A stretch of DNA of 64,000 bases from an uncultured Gemmatimonadales bacterium (GCA_947259315.1 CAMYLR010000008.1:31013-95012), one strand, 5' to 3'. Shown: positions 8,001 to 18,353, counted from the first letter of the stretch. Made by a program: numbers and translations. The notes: generated from the letters alone by a model not told the origin.

Positions 8001-9127
8001 CAGCTCGACGCTTGGCCGGCAGCAGCCCCCACGAGCCGAGACACGACCATATCACCCATTTCAGAGGTCGCGATCCCACTTCGGGCATCGGCCGACGGGA
8101 CATCTCCGCTCTGCAGCAGGTCACCGACTGCACGTTCGATCCGCTGAGCGCCGCTCGCCTCACCCAGGAAGTCGAGCATCATAGAGGTCGCCGAGATCGC
8201 GCCCAACGGGCAGGCGACGTTCTGCCCCGTGTACTTGGGAGCCGACCCGTGGACAGGCTCGAACATCGATGTGCGCCCCGGATGGATATTGCCCGACGCA
8301 GCGATACCCATCCCGCCCTGCAGCATCGCTCCCAGGTCGGTGATGATGTCACCGAACAGGTTCGTCGTAACGATGACATCAAACCACTCCGGGTTCTTCA
8401 CCATCCACATACAGCACGCATCGACGTAGGCATGGTCGGTCTCGATCTCAGGGAAGTCGCGGGCGACGTACTCGTACGCTCGGGTCCACAGATCGTGGGG
8501 TCGAATCGCATTCGCCTTGTCGACCAGGGTGACACGCGCGGGGCGGTCGGGGTTCCCGGCTGCCTCGCGATCCCTCCCCCTCTTTCGCGCCAACTCGAAG
8601 GCGTACCGGCACGCCCGCTCGCACCCTTTCCACGTATAGAGGCCGTTGACGAGCGCGACCTCGTCGGGCGTGTCTTTCTTGAGATGACCGCCGATCTGCG
8701 CGTAGAGCCCTTCGGTATTCTCCCGCACGACGACGAACTCGATGTCGCTAGGCCCCTTGTCCTTGAGTGGACATAGATGTTCGGAGTACAGCTTGATCGG
8801 TCGCAGATTCACATACAGGTCGAGGCCGAAACGAAGACCGAGAATCACTGAGCGCTCGACCAGTCCCGGCTCGACGTCGGGGTGACCGATCGCACCGAGG
8901 AGCACCGCGTCCAGCCCGCGCCACTCCTCGATCACCGATTCGGGTACGAGCTCGCCTGTCTTCAGGTAGTGATCACTGCCGTACTCGTACTCGACGAGCT
9001 CGGTCTGGAACCCCTCGAGCTCGGCCGAAGCGGTGAGGACCTTTACGCCCTCCGCCGCCACTTCGGGGCCGATCCCATCACCGGGAATCACGCCGATTCT
9101 GTATGTGGTCATCGCAGCATCTCGCAC
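8000..9127 (-). CDS. 3-isopropylmalate / tartrate dehydrogenase family (beta-decarboxylating NAD dehydrogenase)
   Basis: TTYRIGVIPGDGIGPEV and NLFGDIITDLGAMLQGGMGIAASGNI. The GTG start is at 9127. An in-frame ATG at 9112 (MTTYRIG...) is the alternative. Confidence 0.8.
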   Translation of the reverse strand: MRDAAMTTYRIGVIPGDGIGPEVAAEGVKVLTASAELEGFQTELVEYEYGSDHYLKTGELVPESVIEEWRGLDAVLLGAIGHPDVEPGLVERSVILGLRFGLDLYVNLRPIKLYSEHLCPLKDKGPSDIEFVVVRENTEGLYAQIGGHLKKDTPDEVALVNGLYTWKGCERACRYAFELARKRGRDREAAGNPDRPARVTLVDKANAIRPHDLWTRAYEYVARDFPEIETDHAYVDACCMWMVKNPEWFDVIVTTNLFGDIITDLGAMLQGGMGIAASGNIHPGRTSMFEPVHGSAPKYTGQNVACPLGAISATSMMLDFLGEASGAQRIERAVGDLLQSGDVPSADARSGIATSEMGDMVVSRLVGAAAGQASS

Positions 9128-9191
9128 ACCCCCACGCTACGGAGTGCCCGTCGTTTCTGCCCATCTTATTGCGGGACGAAAGATTGAGAGT

Positions 9192-9267
9192 TGGTGGAGC
9201 TGATCGGAATCGAACCGACGACCTCCTGAGTGCGATTCAGGCGCTCTCCCAGCTGAGCTACAGCCCC
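9192..9267 (-). tRNA. tRNA-Ala (anticodon CGC)
   Basis: The reverse complement GGGGCTGTAGCTCAGCTGGGAGAGCGCCTGAATCGCACTCAGGAGGTCGTCGGTTCGATTCCGATCAGCTCCACCA folds as a cloverleaf. It has the G3:U70 Ala identity pair, the anticodon loop AUCGCAC, and an encoded CCA. Confidence 0.85.
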
Positions 9268-9321
9268 AACCTGGCTCGAATATACCCGTCGACTGTCAGC
9301 GCGTCGACGCAAAACGGCACA

Positions 9322-10359
9322 CTAGCCGGTCAGTAAACCCTCACCAACTTCGGTCCACTGCTTCAGGTAATACTCCATCGTCTCCCGAAGGGTGTCCCGC
9401 AGATTGTACTCCGGTTCCCAGCCTAGCGAGCGGATCTTCGTGATGTCGGGGACTAATCGATCCGAGTCCTCGTAGCCTTCGCCGTAGAACTCTTCGCCAT
9501 CCACATCAACGACGTCACTGCGCGACGTCTCACCTGTAAGCTCCTCGTACAACTCGATCATCAGGCTCGCTAGATCGCGAATCGTGATGTTGTTGTCTGG
9601 ATTGCCGACGTTGAAGATCTGGTTGCGGGTCGCGCTCGGGTTATCGAGAATCGTTTGGAACGCGCGGTTGGCATCCCAAACATGCAGGAACGATCGATGC
9701 GCGTCACCTCCGTCAACCAGCTGTATGCGCCCACCGGTCAGGAGAGCCGACATGAAATGGGCAAAGACCCTTGGCCCACCCTGGCTGTTGGCGGGCACCA
9801 GGTAGTCGATCCGACTCCCACAGAAGTTGAACGGCCGGATTATGGTGTATTCGATATTTCCGGCGGTCCCGTGCCCGTGGATGACCCTCTCAAGCAACAC
9901 TTTCGATGTGGCGTAAATCCACCGCTGTTTGTCCACTGGCCCAAAGACGCTGTCAGACTCGTCCTCGTAGTAGCGCTCCCCCTCTGTCAGCTTCCCGTAG
10001 ACCTCAGCTGAAGAGTATTGAACGAGCTTCACGCCTTCGTTCTCCAGGCACATCCGAAGGACTTTCATGTTCTGATAGAAATTGAGATCAAAAACCTCTA
10101 GGGGTGTCGTGTTGTACAGACTGGGGTTCGCGTAAGCGACCAGATCCACGACCAGATCTGCGTCACCGATAAGCCCTCGTACGGGCTCATCATCTTGGCG
10201 TACGTCCATTTCATGAAAAATGAAATTCTCGCCCTCGATTCCAGCCAACTTCTCGTGGGTGATGTCGACACCAACGACGTCGTGCTCCCCCATCGAAATC
10301 AGGTGCTCAACCATGTGGGAGCCGATGAACCCCCCGGCTCCTAGAATCAGTATTTTCAA
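9322..10359 (-). CDS. NAD-dependent epimerase/dehydratase; UDP-glucuronic acid decarboxylase (ArnA C-terminal domain / UXS-like)
   Basis: MKILILGAGGFIGSH, YxxxK (YATSKVLLER), and a strong resemblance to the ArnA decarboxylase domain. GC is visibly lower than in its neighbours. Confidence 0.8.
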   Translation of the reverse strand: MKILILGAGGFIGSHMVEHLISMGEHDVVGVDITHEKLAGIEGENFIFHEMDVRQDDEPVRGLIGDADLVVDLVAYANPSLYNTTPLEVFDLNFYQNMKVLRMCLENEGVKLVQYSSAEVYGKLTEGERYYEDESDSVFGPVDKQRWIYATSKVLLERVIHGHGTAGNIEYTIIRPFNFCGSRIDYLVPANSQGGPRVFAHFMSALLTGGRIQLVDGGDAHRSFLHVWDANRAFQTILDNPSATRNQIFNVGNPDNNITIRDLASLMIELYEELTGETSRSDVVDVDGEEFYGEGYEDSDRLVPDITKIRSLGWEPEYNLRDTLRETMEYYLKQWTEVGEGLLTG

Positions 10360-10459
10360 TTGATTGCTCCCTTCACAGCCTGCGTTGTATTCGAGATTGC
10401 CCAGCGGATACCCACAATCTGCACTCTCACCCCGTCTTCAGGTAGACCTCTAGTAGGTG

Positions 10460-10924
10460 TCAATGATGGTAGGGCTCACCGCGCACGATCGTCCAAGCGC
10501 GATAGAGCTGCTCAACCAGCACGACCTGTGCCAACTCGTGAGCGAGGGTCTGCGGTCCCAGCGCGATTCTGCGGTCGGCGGCCGCAGTCACCGCTGGCGA
10601 CAGCCCATCCGCCCCACCAACCACAAAAACCGCGCGCCCGATCCCATCCGCGCGCCACTCGTCGAGCAGATTCGCCCAACCCTCCGAGGCCAGCGACTCG
10701 GCCTGCGGTGTAAGCGCCACCAACCGGTCGCGCGGTCCGATCGCAGCGGTCTTGAGAAGGCGTTGGCCTTCCTCGTCCAGCGCCTCCGCACCGGCTTTCT
10801 TTGAAGGCTTGACGTGCTTCCACTGGACTCGACAGTAACGCTCGACTCGAGCCAAGTAATCGGCAACCCCGGATCGCGCCCAATCGCTCCTGAGCTTGTC
10901 GACGGCGATGATTTCGATTTCCAC
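10460..10924 (-). CDS. rlmH: 23S rRNA (pseudouridine1915-N3)-methyltransferase RlmH (SPOUT)
   Basis: IIAVDKLRSDWARSGVADYLARV ... VFVVGGADGLSP ... LVEQLYRAWTIVRGEPYHH aligns along its whole length to RlmH. Confidence 0.9.
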   Translation of the reverse strand: MEIEIIAVDKLRSDWARSGVADYLARVERYCRVQWKHVKPSKKAGAEALDEEGQRLLKTAAIGPRDRLVALTPQAESLASEGWANLLDEWRADGIGRAVFVVGGADGLSPAVTAAADRRIALGPQTLAHELAQVVLVEQLYRAWTIVRGEPYHH

Positions 10925-10930
10925 GTACTC

Positions 10931-12523
10931 TTAGCCGACCGGGGATTCGACCTCTCGAACCAGTACCGTATCGCGCTGCTGGGCGGGATCGGTCTCGGGG
11001 TAGGTGAGCGTATGATGGAGGCCACGACTCTCATGACGCCGGCGCGCCGATTCCACGATCAGCTGGGCAACCTGGAACAAGTTCACCGTCTCTCCCATTT
11101 CCGGGACCGCAGAAAAGCTCGGTACACGACGTCCTAGTTCCTCCAGCTGACCCGCGGCTCGTGCCAACCCGTCGTCATCCCTGACGATACCGGCCCCATC
11201 CCACAAGATCTTGCCGATCTCCGTCCGTAACTCAACCGCCGAGTTCTCGACCGGTGGCGTCGGTGCCATGATCGGTGGCTCTTCCGCACCCGGGCTACGC
11301 TCAGCCAGTAGATCCTGGGTTACCTCGGCCGCCCGCTCACCGAATACGACCGCCTCCAAGAGAGAATTCGATGCCAGCCGGTTGGCGCCGTGCACCCCTG
11401 TGCACGCCACCTCACCCACGGCGAGAAGAGCATGAATTGCGGTACGCCCCCAATGATCGGTCTGAATCCCCCCACACAAGTAATGCGCGGCTGGAACGAC
11501 CGGGAGCATATCCTCCGGCGGGTCGAACCCTCGCTCCCGACAGGTAGCGAGGATGTTCGGGAATCGTTCCTCGAACCGCTCGCGCGAGATCGGGCTGCAA
11601 TCCAGCCAAACATGGCTCGCCCCGGTGTTGCGCATCTCGGCGTCGATGGCTCGTGCCACCTCGTCTCTGGGCGCCAACTCGGCCGTGCCGTGATTTTGCA
11701 TGAACGGCTGCCGGTCGAGATTGCGTAGGATCGCCCCCTCGCCTCGAACCGTCTCGCTGATCAGAAACGGCCTTCCCTCAACGGGATACAGCCCTGTCGG
11801 GTGAAACTGGATGAACTCCATGTTGGCGATCGCCGCGCCAGCTCGATACGCCATTGCAATGCCGTCGCCGGTGGCGATCGATGGGTTGGTCGTAAAGCGA
11901 TACGCCTGACCGCACCCACCGGTGGCCACATAGGTCACACGGGCGTGGACAGCCACTAACTCCCCTCCGTGGCGATCGACGACCACCGCGCCCGCGCAGC
12001 GCGGGCCGCGGTCCGACTCCACCACCCACAGGTCGAGGGCGAAATAGTGCTCGTGAATCCGTACACCTGCACGGTCTGCGGCATCGAGAAGCCCGGCCTC
12101 AATCGCTCGCCCGGTGAGATCATCTGCGCGCACGATTCGTCGCGCTGAGTGGCCACCTTCCCGAGCTAGCGAAAGCTCTTTTGGATCGTCCGTCGAGTAG
12201 CTAAAGCGAACTCCGTAGTCTATGAGCTCGCGTACTCTCGCAGGGCCTTCCTCGACCAGAAGGCGCACCGCATCCACGTCGCACAAGCCGTCACCGGCCT
12301 GCAACGTATCAGCGATGTGCGCATCAAATGAGTCGGTCGGGTCCATGACCGCAGCGATGCCCCCCTGCGCGTAGTTCGTGTTCGCCTCGGAGTCTTCCTT
12401 CTTCGTGATTACCGTTACAGTCCCGTACGCCGCGGCTTTGATGGCATACGAAAGACCGGCGATGCCGCTACCGAGAACCAGAACGTCAGTCTCCACAACT
12501 CGGTCCGTCGCGCGAGTGCTCAT
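10931..12523 (-). CDS. nadB: L-aspartate oxidase
   Basis: FAD-binding DVLVLGSGIAGL, a fumarate reductase/succinate dehydrogenase flavoprotein fold, HPTGL and RGEGA. Confidence 0.9.
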   Translation of the reverse strand: MSTRATDRVVETDVLVLGSGIAGLSYAIKAAAYGTVTVITKKEDSEANTNYAQGGIAAVMDPTDSFDAHIADTLQAGDGLCDVDAVRLLVEEGPARVRELIDYGVRFSYSTDDPKELSLAREGGHSARRIVRADDLTGRAIEAGLLDAADRAGVRIHEHYFALDLWVVESDRGPRCAGAVVVDRHGGELVAVHARVTYVATGGCGQAYRFTTNPSIATGDGIAMAYRAGAAIANMEFIQFHPTGLYPVEGRPFLISETVRGEGAILRNLDRQPFMQNHGTAELAPRDEVARAIDAEMRNTGASHVWLDCSPISRERFEERFPNILATCRERGFDPPEDMLPVVPAAHYLCGGIQTDHWGRTAIHALLAVGEVACTGVHGANRLASNSLLEAVVFGERAAEVTQDLLAERSPGAEEPPIMAPTPPVENSAVELRTEIGKILWDGAGIVRDDDGLARAAGQLEELGRRVPSFSAVPEMGETVNLFQVAQLIVESARRRHESRGLHHTLTYPETDPAQQRDTVLVREVESPVG

Positions 12524-13668
12524 CGGGGGCTCGAAACCAACACGTCTGAAACGAGCTCGGTCAACAATCCGGCCTCTGAGGGTTGCAAGCGTCGCCGAAG
12601 AACGCCGACCGGCCGATCATTGAACCACTCGGCCTGACACTTGATAGCATCTTTCTCTGTGGCCACGAATGGCACGTTGGGGTGCTTAGCCACGAGTGCG
12701 GTTATTTCGCGCTGAGAGAAGCGGTAGTGATCAGGGAAAGCGATCACCTTTGTCGGGGACCAACCGGCTTCCTCGGCAAATCGAACGACCGAGGCCGGAT
12801 CCGCCACGCCCGCGATGACGGTGACCCTGCGATCGTCGACCTCAAACCGTACCGGGCTCCCGGTCAACCATCCGGCCAAATCAACGGTCCCTGCATCTCG
12901 CCACTGGGCCACCGTTCCGGGTATGTGCTCCCACCACGACGCGAGCGCTCGGCCGATCGACCCCGCCGGCCAAGTGCGTGATCGAGGATCGACACCGCTG
13001 ACCACCCAGGCCCCGCTGGGCGGCTGCCATGATGATCGTTGGCGGAGCGGCCCCGAGGGCAAACACTTGGCCGGTGCCATCAAATCTCGGGTAGTAAATG
13101 CGATCAGGTCCAGCTGGCGGGCGACCTTCCGATGTTGCAGCCCGTCATCGAGCAGAAACAGGTCAACGTCGGTCACAGCTAAAACCGCTCGAGCGGCAGC
13201 CGAGCGATCCGCGCCCACGCCAACCCACGCGCCGGCTCTCGCCAGCAACGCCGGTTCATCTCCGACCGCAGCGACGTCCACCGATGCCGCCGCGGGCGCT
13301 ATCACCGTTGTGTCGTTGGCGCTGCGTCCGTATCCGCGTGAAAGCACCGCCACCCGCGTTCCGCTCGGTACCCCTTCGGTGATCAACCAATGGACCAGCG
13401 ATGTCTTTCCGCCACCGCCAATAGTGACATTCCCGATGCTTATCGTAGGGGCACCCAGATGGATCGCGCTCGCGTCACGTCTCAGGCGACGATCGGCGAC
13501 GATAGCCCAACCGGAAGCGATCGGAGCCGCCAGCCCGCGAAACGCAGCACTCAACGCGCCACCGTTGCCGTAGACGGTCCGACGTGCCCAACCATACGCG
13601 GCCGCGCGCTCGACGACCGTTGACCCGCCGCTTGCGTGGGGGTCCGATCGCTCTGCTCTAGCGATCAT
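12520..13668 (-). CDS. lpxK: Tetraacyldisaccharide 4'-kinase
   Basis: ISIGNVTIGGGGKTS P-loop, LSRGYGR and LDDGLQH. Confidence 0.85.
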   Translation of the reverse strand: MIARAERSDPHASGGSTVVERAAAYGWARRTVYGNGGALSAAFRGLAAPIASGWAIVADRRLRRDASAIHLGAPTISIGNVTIGGGGKTSLVHWLITEGVPSGTRVAVLSRGYGRSANDTTVIAPAAASVDVAAVGDEPALLARAGAWVGVGADRSAAARAVLAVTDVDLFLLDDGLQHRKVARQLDLIAFTTRDLMAPAKCLPSGPLRQRSSWQPPSGAWVVSGVDPRSRTWPAGSIGRALASWWEHIPGTVAQWRDAGTVDLAGWLTGSPVRFEVDDRRVTVIAGVADPASVVRFAEEAGWSPTKVIAFPDHYRFSQREITALVAKHPNVPFVATEKDAIKCQAEWFNDRPVGVLRRRLQPSEAGLLTELVSDVLVSSPR

Positions 13669-14426
13669 CCCGAAAGGGTCGCTCGACGCCGCCGCTCCAC
13701 TCGGCGCGGCTGCTCGGTGAGCTCGCTCTCAAGCTGCCTATGGAGGATGCACAACCGTTTCCCCAGCTCCTGACTCGCGCTCGCGATCAGTCGCTCGTCG
13801 GCAGCCTTCGCAATCCACACCGCAGATCCGTAGCGGATCTTCACCCGAGCCCCGGGCCACGGTATCTCAAACCGATCCCACGACTCCACTCGCTTACAGG
13901 GCCGAGCGGCGGCGGCAACTGGCACCAGCGCGTGGCCGGTTCTGCGCGCGAGCGCAACGGCACCGGGCAACACGCTATGAATGTCCGTATGAGCGTCGGG
14001 GGTAATCGCCAAGTCCCCTCCGGCAGCTGCGTGACGCATCATAGCGCGAAACCCAGCCACCGGTGTCCGGCGCCGGGAGCCGCGAATCGGGACATATCCG
14101 AGCGGGTCAACGATTTTGGCTGCCATTACGCCATCTGGGTGACTGGATACCAGCACGCCGACCTCTTTGCCGGCGTGGAGAGCTGCCAGCTCCAGCATCC
14201 GCCCATGCCAGAAGCAAAAGATGACGCCGCAGTGCTCGTCTCGCACCGCTTGGAGGTGTTCGAGACCCGTCACGTCTGCGCGCCATGTGCTGGACAGCGC
14301 CTTCACGAACCGAGCTACGAGCCAACCACTATTACTGGCGAGAAACCGAAGACGAGGACGGCTCACTGGATCCTCCCGAGCATCCAAGTGGCGAGGATTA
14401 CCGCGGCAAGTACGACCACCATCCAC
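13665..14426 (-). CDS. DUF374 / lysophospholipid acyltransferase-like protein, commonly found beside kdtA/lpxK
   Basis: FCFWHGRMLELA motif. 4-nt overlap with lpxK. Confidence 0.5.
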   Translation of the reverse strand: MDGGRTCRGNPRHLDAREDPVSRPRLRFLASNSGWLVARFVKALSSTWRADVTGLEHLQAVRDEHCGVIFCFWHGRMLELAALHAGKEVGVLVSSHPDGVMAAKIVDPLGYVPIRGSRRRTPVAGFRAMMRHAAAGGDLAITPDAHTDIHSVLPGAVALARRTGHALVPVAAAARPCKRVESWDRFEIPWPGARVKIRYGSAVWIAKAADERLIASASQELGKRLCILHRQLESELTEQPRRVERRRRATLSG

Positions 14427-14498
14427 CGCGTTCTCACTCGCCTAGGTCTGTGTGGCGAGACGGCCTGGCGCTCCTTCCAGGCCTTGATGAGGACCATC

Positions 14499-15284
14499 CT
14501 AGACTGTTACTCCCCGCTCGCTCTCACTTATAAACGTGATAAAGCGGACAATCTCCGGGTACGGATGAAGCTCGTCCTTGGCTCGAGCAAGCGCCTGCGT
14601 GATGTTGAGCTTGGAGTTGAAGAAAAGCCGGTAGGCTCGCTTGAGCTCACTCTTGACGTTCTCTGGGAAACCCCTTCGGTCCAGGCCGACTGAGTTGAGC
14701 CCAAACAGTGCCGCTGGATCACCTGCCGCCTTGACGTATGGTGGAACATCCTTCTGGATGCGAGAGCAGCCGCCGATAAAAGCATGCGCGCCGATACGGA
14801 CGAATTGATGCACCGGTGTCATCCCACCGATGATGGCGTTTTCGTCGACGCTGACGTGTCCCGCCAGGTTCACCGCATTTGACAGGATGACGCCGTCGCC
14901 GACCAGGCAATCGTGCGCTACATGGACGTACGCCATGAGCAAACACGCGTCACCGATGCTCGTGTACCCCTGGGCAAGTGTACCGCGGTTCACCGTCGCG
15001 TACTCGCGAATCACTGTGCCGTCGCCGATCACGCACGTGGTCGGCTCGCCCTGGTACTTCAGATCTTGAGGATCGCTCCCCACGACGGCCCCGTAGTGGA
15101 TCTTGCACCGTTCCCCGATCGTAGTGTCACGCTCGATGACCGCGTGTGCCGCTATGCGTGTGCCAGCGCCGATCGTCACGCCAGGACCGATGATCGCATA
15201 CGGGCCGACGGAAACATCGGCACCGATCTGTGCCCCTTCGTCGACGATCGCAGTCGTGTGGATGCTCTCCGTGATCGACTTCAT
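14499..15284 (-). CDS. lpxA: Acyl-ACP--UDP-N-acetylglucosamine O-acyltransferase
   Basis: Left-handed beta-helix hexapeptide repeats; the N-terminus MKSITESIHTTAIVDEGAQIG is typical. The track ORF extends to 15362, overlapping fabZ. The ATG at 15284 gives an ATGA-type junction with lpxC-fabZ. Confidence 0.9.
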   Translation of the reverse strand: MKSITESIHTTAIVDEGAQIGADVSVGPYAIIGPGVTIGAGTRIAAHAVIERDTTIGERCKIHYGAVVGSDPQDLKYQGEPTTCVIGDGTVIREYATVNRGTLAQGYTSIGDACLLMAYVHVAHDCLVGDGVILSNAVNLAGHVSVDENAIIGGMTPVHQFVRIGAHAFIGGCSRIQKDVPPYVKAAGDPAALFGLNSVGLDRRGFPENVKSELKRAYRLFFNSKLNITQALARAKDELHPYPEIVRFITFISESERGVTV

Positions 15285-16633
15285 TTTTCGACCAATGTTG
15301 CCATCAGATCCGCTTCGGCTACAACGGTACCGTCGACGCGAGCCAAACCACGCATCTTGCAATGCGCGCCTCGCCGTCGCACCATCTCGAGTTCGCAGAC
15401 CAGCTGATCCCCAGGTCGAACCGGATGTCTGAACCTGACGTTGTCTAAGCCGGTGAAGTAGACGACCTTTTCCTCGCCTGCATCTACCGAACTCATCAAA
15501 AGCAAACCGCCAACTTGGCCCATGGCCTCGACGATCAGCACCCCCGGCATCACCGGATGACCCGGGAAATGACCCTGGAAGAACGGCTCGCTTATCGTCA
15601 CGTTCTTGATGCCGACGACGCGTTCTCCGTCTTCCATCTCGATGACTCGATCAACGAGCAGGAACGGATAGCGATGTGGGATCGTGTCCAGGATCTGTGA
15701 CACGTCGAGCACGGTCTTCGAAGGCTGATGCTCCGAGACCGCTACTTCTGACTGCCTACCGACATGCGGGCTCGCGTTGTTGCCGTTCTCGCCGGCCATT
15801 CGTCGCTTTAGGATCTGCACCAGCGCCAGGTGGGTCCGGTGGCCGGACCTATGAGCGATAATGTGAGCCTGAATGTCGACGTTTAGAACTTTCAAATCGC
15901 CGAGCAAATCCAGGATCTTGTGACGGACCAGCTCGGTTGGGAATCGGAGTCGTTCTTCACTCAGGATCTCGTCGTCACCGATCACGATCGCATTGCGGAG
16001 ATTGCCACCGCGAATTAGACCAGCTTCTCTCAGCTGTTCGATCTCGCCCAGGAACCCGAATGTCCGAGCGGGCGCGATTTCTTTTTCAAACGTGTCCGGC
16101 GTGATCTCAAACGACTCGAACTGATGTTGGACTAGCGGGTGATCAAAATCGATCGAGAATGAGACTTGTAACCGATCCGAGGGCAGCAGGGTAATCTCGA
16201 CACCACCGTCCTCATAGAAGATCGGTTCCTCGACACGATAACGCTTGCGCTCCGCGTCGAGCTCCGTGAGTCCCGCCTCTTGCAACGCCTTCCAAAACGG
16301 CAAGCTGGATCCGTCTCCTACAGGTGGCTCACTGGAATCGAGTTCAATCCGCAGATTGTCTATGCCTCGCACCGCAAGCGCAGCAAGGACGTGCTCGATC
16401 GTGTGGACTTTGCTACCGTCGATCCCAATCGACGTCCCTCGTTCCACGCCAATTACGTGGTCGGGCTCCACGACGATCTCCGGATGCCCTTCCAGATCGA
16501 TGCGAACAAACCGGATACCAGTGTTCGCCTCCGCGGGAAGAAACGTCATGTGACACTGATTCCCGGTGTGGAGTCCAACTCCGCTATAGGTCACAGGACG
16601 CGCAATGGTGAGTTGCCGCTCGTTACTCGTCAT
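15281..16633 (-). CDS. lpxC-fabZ: Bifunctional UDP-3-O-acyl-GlcNAc deacetylase / (3R)-hydroxyacyl-ACP dehydratase (LpxC-FabZ fusion)
   Basis: N-terminal LpxC (TLLPSDRLQ, HKILDLLGDL, HRSGH). C-terminal FabZ hotdog (RYPFLLVDRV, FFQGHFPGHPVMPGVLIVEAMGQ). Confidence 0.9.
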   Translation of the reverse strand: MTSNERQLTIARPVTYSGVGLHTGNQCHMTFLPAEANTGIRFVRIDLEGHPEIVVEPDHVIGVERGTSIGIDGSKVHTIEHVLAALAVRGIDNLRIELDSSEPPVGDGSSLPFWKALQEAGLTELDAERKRYRVEEPIFYEDGGVEITLLPSDRLQVSFSIDFDHPLVQHQFESFEITPDTFEKEIAPARTFGFLGEIEQLREAGLIRGGNLRNAIVIGDDEILSEERLRFPTELVRHKILDLLGDLKVLNVDIQAHIIAHRSGHRTHLALVQILKRRMAGENGNNASPHVGRQSEVAVSEHQPSKTVLDVSQILDTIPHRYPFLLVDRVIEMEDGERVVGIKNVTISEPFFQGHFPGHPVMPGVLIVEAMGQVGGLLLMSSVDAGEEKVVYFTGLDNVRFRHPVRPGDQLVCELEMVRRRGAHCKMRGLARVDGTVVAEADLMATLVEK

Positions 16634-16661
16634 ATCGTTTTCGTGAGTTACCGGAGGTCCT

Positions 16662-17684
16662 CTAAGATTTGGATCTCACCCTGCGCTCCAACGCCTTGAC
16701 ACGCTGGAACAGCTCGGGGAGTCGGGAGAAAAGCGCGTGTGCGCGCATTTGTTCTCGATGAGATCGCGCCGGATAGCCTGAGTACTCGGCGTCTGCTGGG
16801 ATGTCGCCAATCACCCCTCCCTGAGCGCCAACCCTGGCGCGGGCACCGATCTTCACGTGGCCTACGATCCCTACCTGACCCGCTAACATAGCGCTCTCGC
16901 CCACCTCTGTGCTGCCTGCGATACCGACTTGAGCAACTATGACAGCGTTTTTACCTATTTGAACATTATGAGCAATGTGGACCAGGTTGTCAATCTTGAC
17001 CCCAGACTCGATGATCGTCTCTCCGGCCGACCCACGATCGATCGTGACGTTGGCACCAATCTCGACGTCATCGCCGATCGACAAACCTCCCCGCTGGGGA
17101 ACCTTGTAGTGCTGTCCGAGCTTGTCGGTCGCATAGCCGAAACCGTCGGAGCCTAGCACAGCCCCGCTCTGAACGATGCAGCTTTTTCCGAGGTGGGTAC
17201 CCCGATGCACCGTCACACGCGAGAAGAGTTGACTATTGTCGCCGATCTCGGTGCCCTCTTCGATGACGCAGAGCGGACCGATCACAACGCCTGATCCCAC
17301 TACCACGCCTGGGCCGATGATGCAGCCAGCGCCAATCGAGACGTCGTCCGGCAGTGTCGTCGCTGAATCCACGATCGCCGATTCATGAACACCAAACTCG
17401 ACCGCAGGCGGGGGTAGCAACAGATCCACGGCGCGTGCGAATGACAGATAGGGGTTTTCGCTTCGCAGCACATTCTGGCCATTGGCCTGATAATCCTCGT
17501 CAACGACCAGCGCTCCGGCGGACGATGCCAGAGCTGCTTCCAAGTACTTGGGGTTTGCGAGGAAGGAGAGGTCTTCCGGGCCGGCCCCATCTAGCGGGGC
17601 GACACCGCTGACCTCGACCAGAGGGTCACCATCCAGTCGGGCGTCGATCGCCCTCGCCAGCTCACCTAGCGAGTACGATGGCAT
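16662..17684 (-). CDS. lpxD: UDP-3-O-acylglucosamine N-acyltransferase
   Basis: 340 aa with hexapeptide repeats and an LpxD N-terminal domain. Confidence 0.9.
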   Translation of the reverse strand: MPSYSLGELARAIDARLDGDPLVEVSGVAPLDGAGPEDLSFLANPKYLEAALASSAGALVVDEDYQANGQNVLRSENPYLSFARAVDLLLPPPAVEFGVHESAIVDSATTLPDDVSIGAGCIIGPGVVVGSGVVIGPLCVIEEGTEIGDNSQLFSRVTVHRGTHLGKSCIVQSGAVLGSDGFGYATDKLGQHYKVPQRGGLSIGDDVEIGANVTIDRGSAGETIIESGVKIDNLVHIAHNVQIGKNAVIVAQVGIAGSTEVGESAMLAGQVGIVGHVKIGARARVGAQGGVIGDIPADAEYSGYPARSHREQMRAHALFSRLPELFQRVKALERRVRSKS

Positions 17685-17714
17685 GCGACCTCCAGGTCAA
17701 CCGGTGGAGTTTCG

Positions 17715-18263
17715 TTAGTTCGAAGACGGTGCAACAGGCTCCGAAGCCCGGAGCTTCTGAATGACCTCCTCGGTGATGTTGAGCGCTGGGTCTCCGGCGA
17801 CTAGGGCGCCGTCGTTCAGATCGAATATCAACGAGTATTGCCCCTCTCGCCTGGTCTGATCGATTACTCGATTCACACGCTCAATAATCGGTTGCATGAG
17901 TTCGGCTTGACGTGTTCCAGCCTCCCCTTCAGGCCCGAACTTGCTCTGGAAATACTCCTGCATCTCACGCTCGAGTCTGAGCATCTCTTCTTGACGCTCG
18001 GTCTTTTTCTCGGGCGACAGAATCACCTCCTGCCGCTTGTATTCCTCGAACAGCTCTTGCAGCTCAGTCTGTCTCTGAGCCAGCGAATCGCGCCACTCAT
18101 TAGCGGTTCGATTGAACTCCTCATTGGCCTCCGTGTAGCCGGGCGCTTGCTTGATGACCGCATCCGAGTCCACGTAGGCGATTTTTAACTCGCCATCCTG
18201 CGCCAGCGCGACACCGGGTAGAACAGCCAGCAAGAGAGCCGCGACAACGATCCTTCCGGACAT
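17715..18263 (-). CDS. skp: Periplasmic chaperone Skp/OmpH
   Basis: Signal peptide MSGRIVVAALLLAVLPGVALAQ followed by a coiled-coil E/K/Q-rich OmpH domain. The track ORF starts 30 nt further upstream. Confidence 0.8.
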   Translation of the reverse strand: MSGRIVVAALLLAVLPGVALAQDGELKIAYVDSDAVIKQAPGYTEANEEFNRTANEWRDSLAQRQTELQELFEEYKRQEVILSPEKKTERQEEMLRLEREMQEYFQSKFGPEGEAGTRQAELMQPIIERVNRVIDQTRREGQYSLIFDLNDGALVAGDPALNITEEVIQKLRASEPVAPSSN

Positions 18264-18353
18264 GATGGATTCCCTCCTCATAGGTATTGTCACCAGCCAG
18301 ATAATTTAGCTCGTACGCCCCAAATCTGCTGCCTGACACGCGGGACCCAGGAC

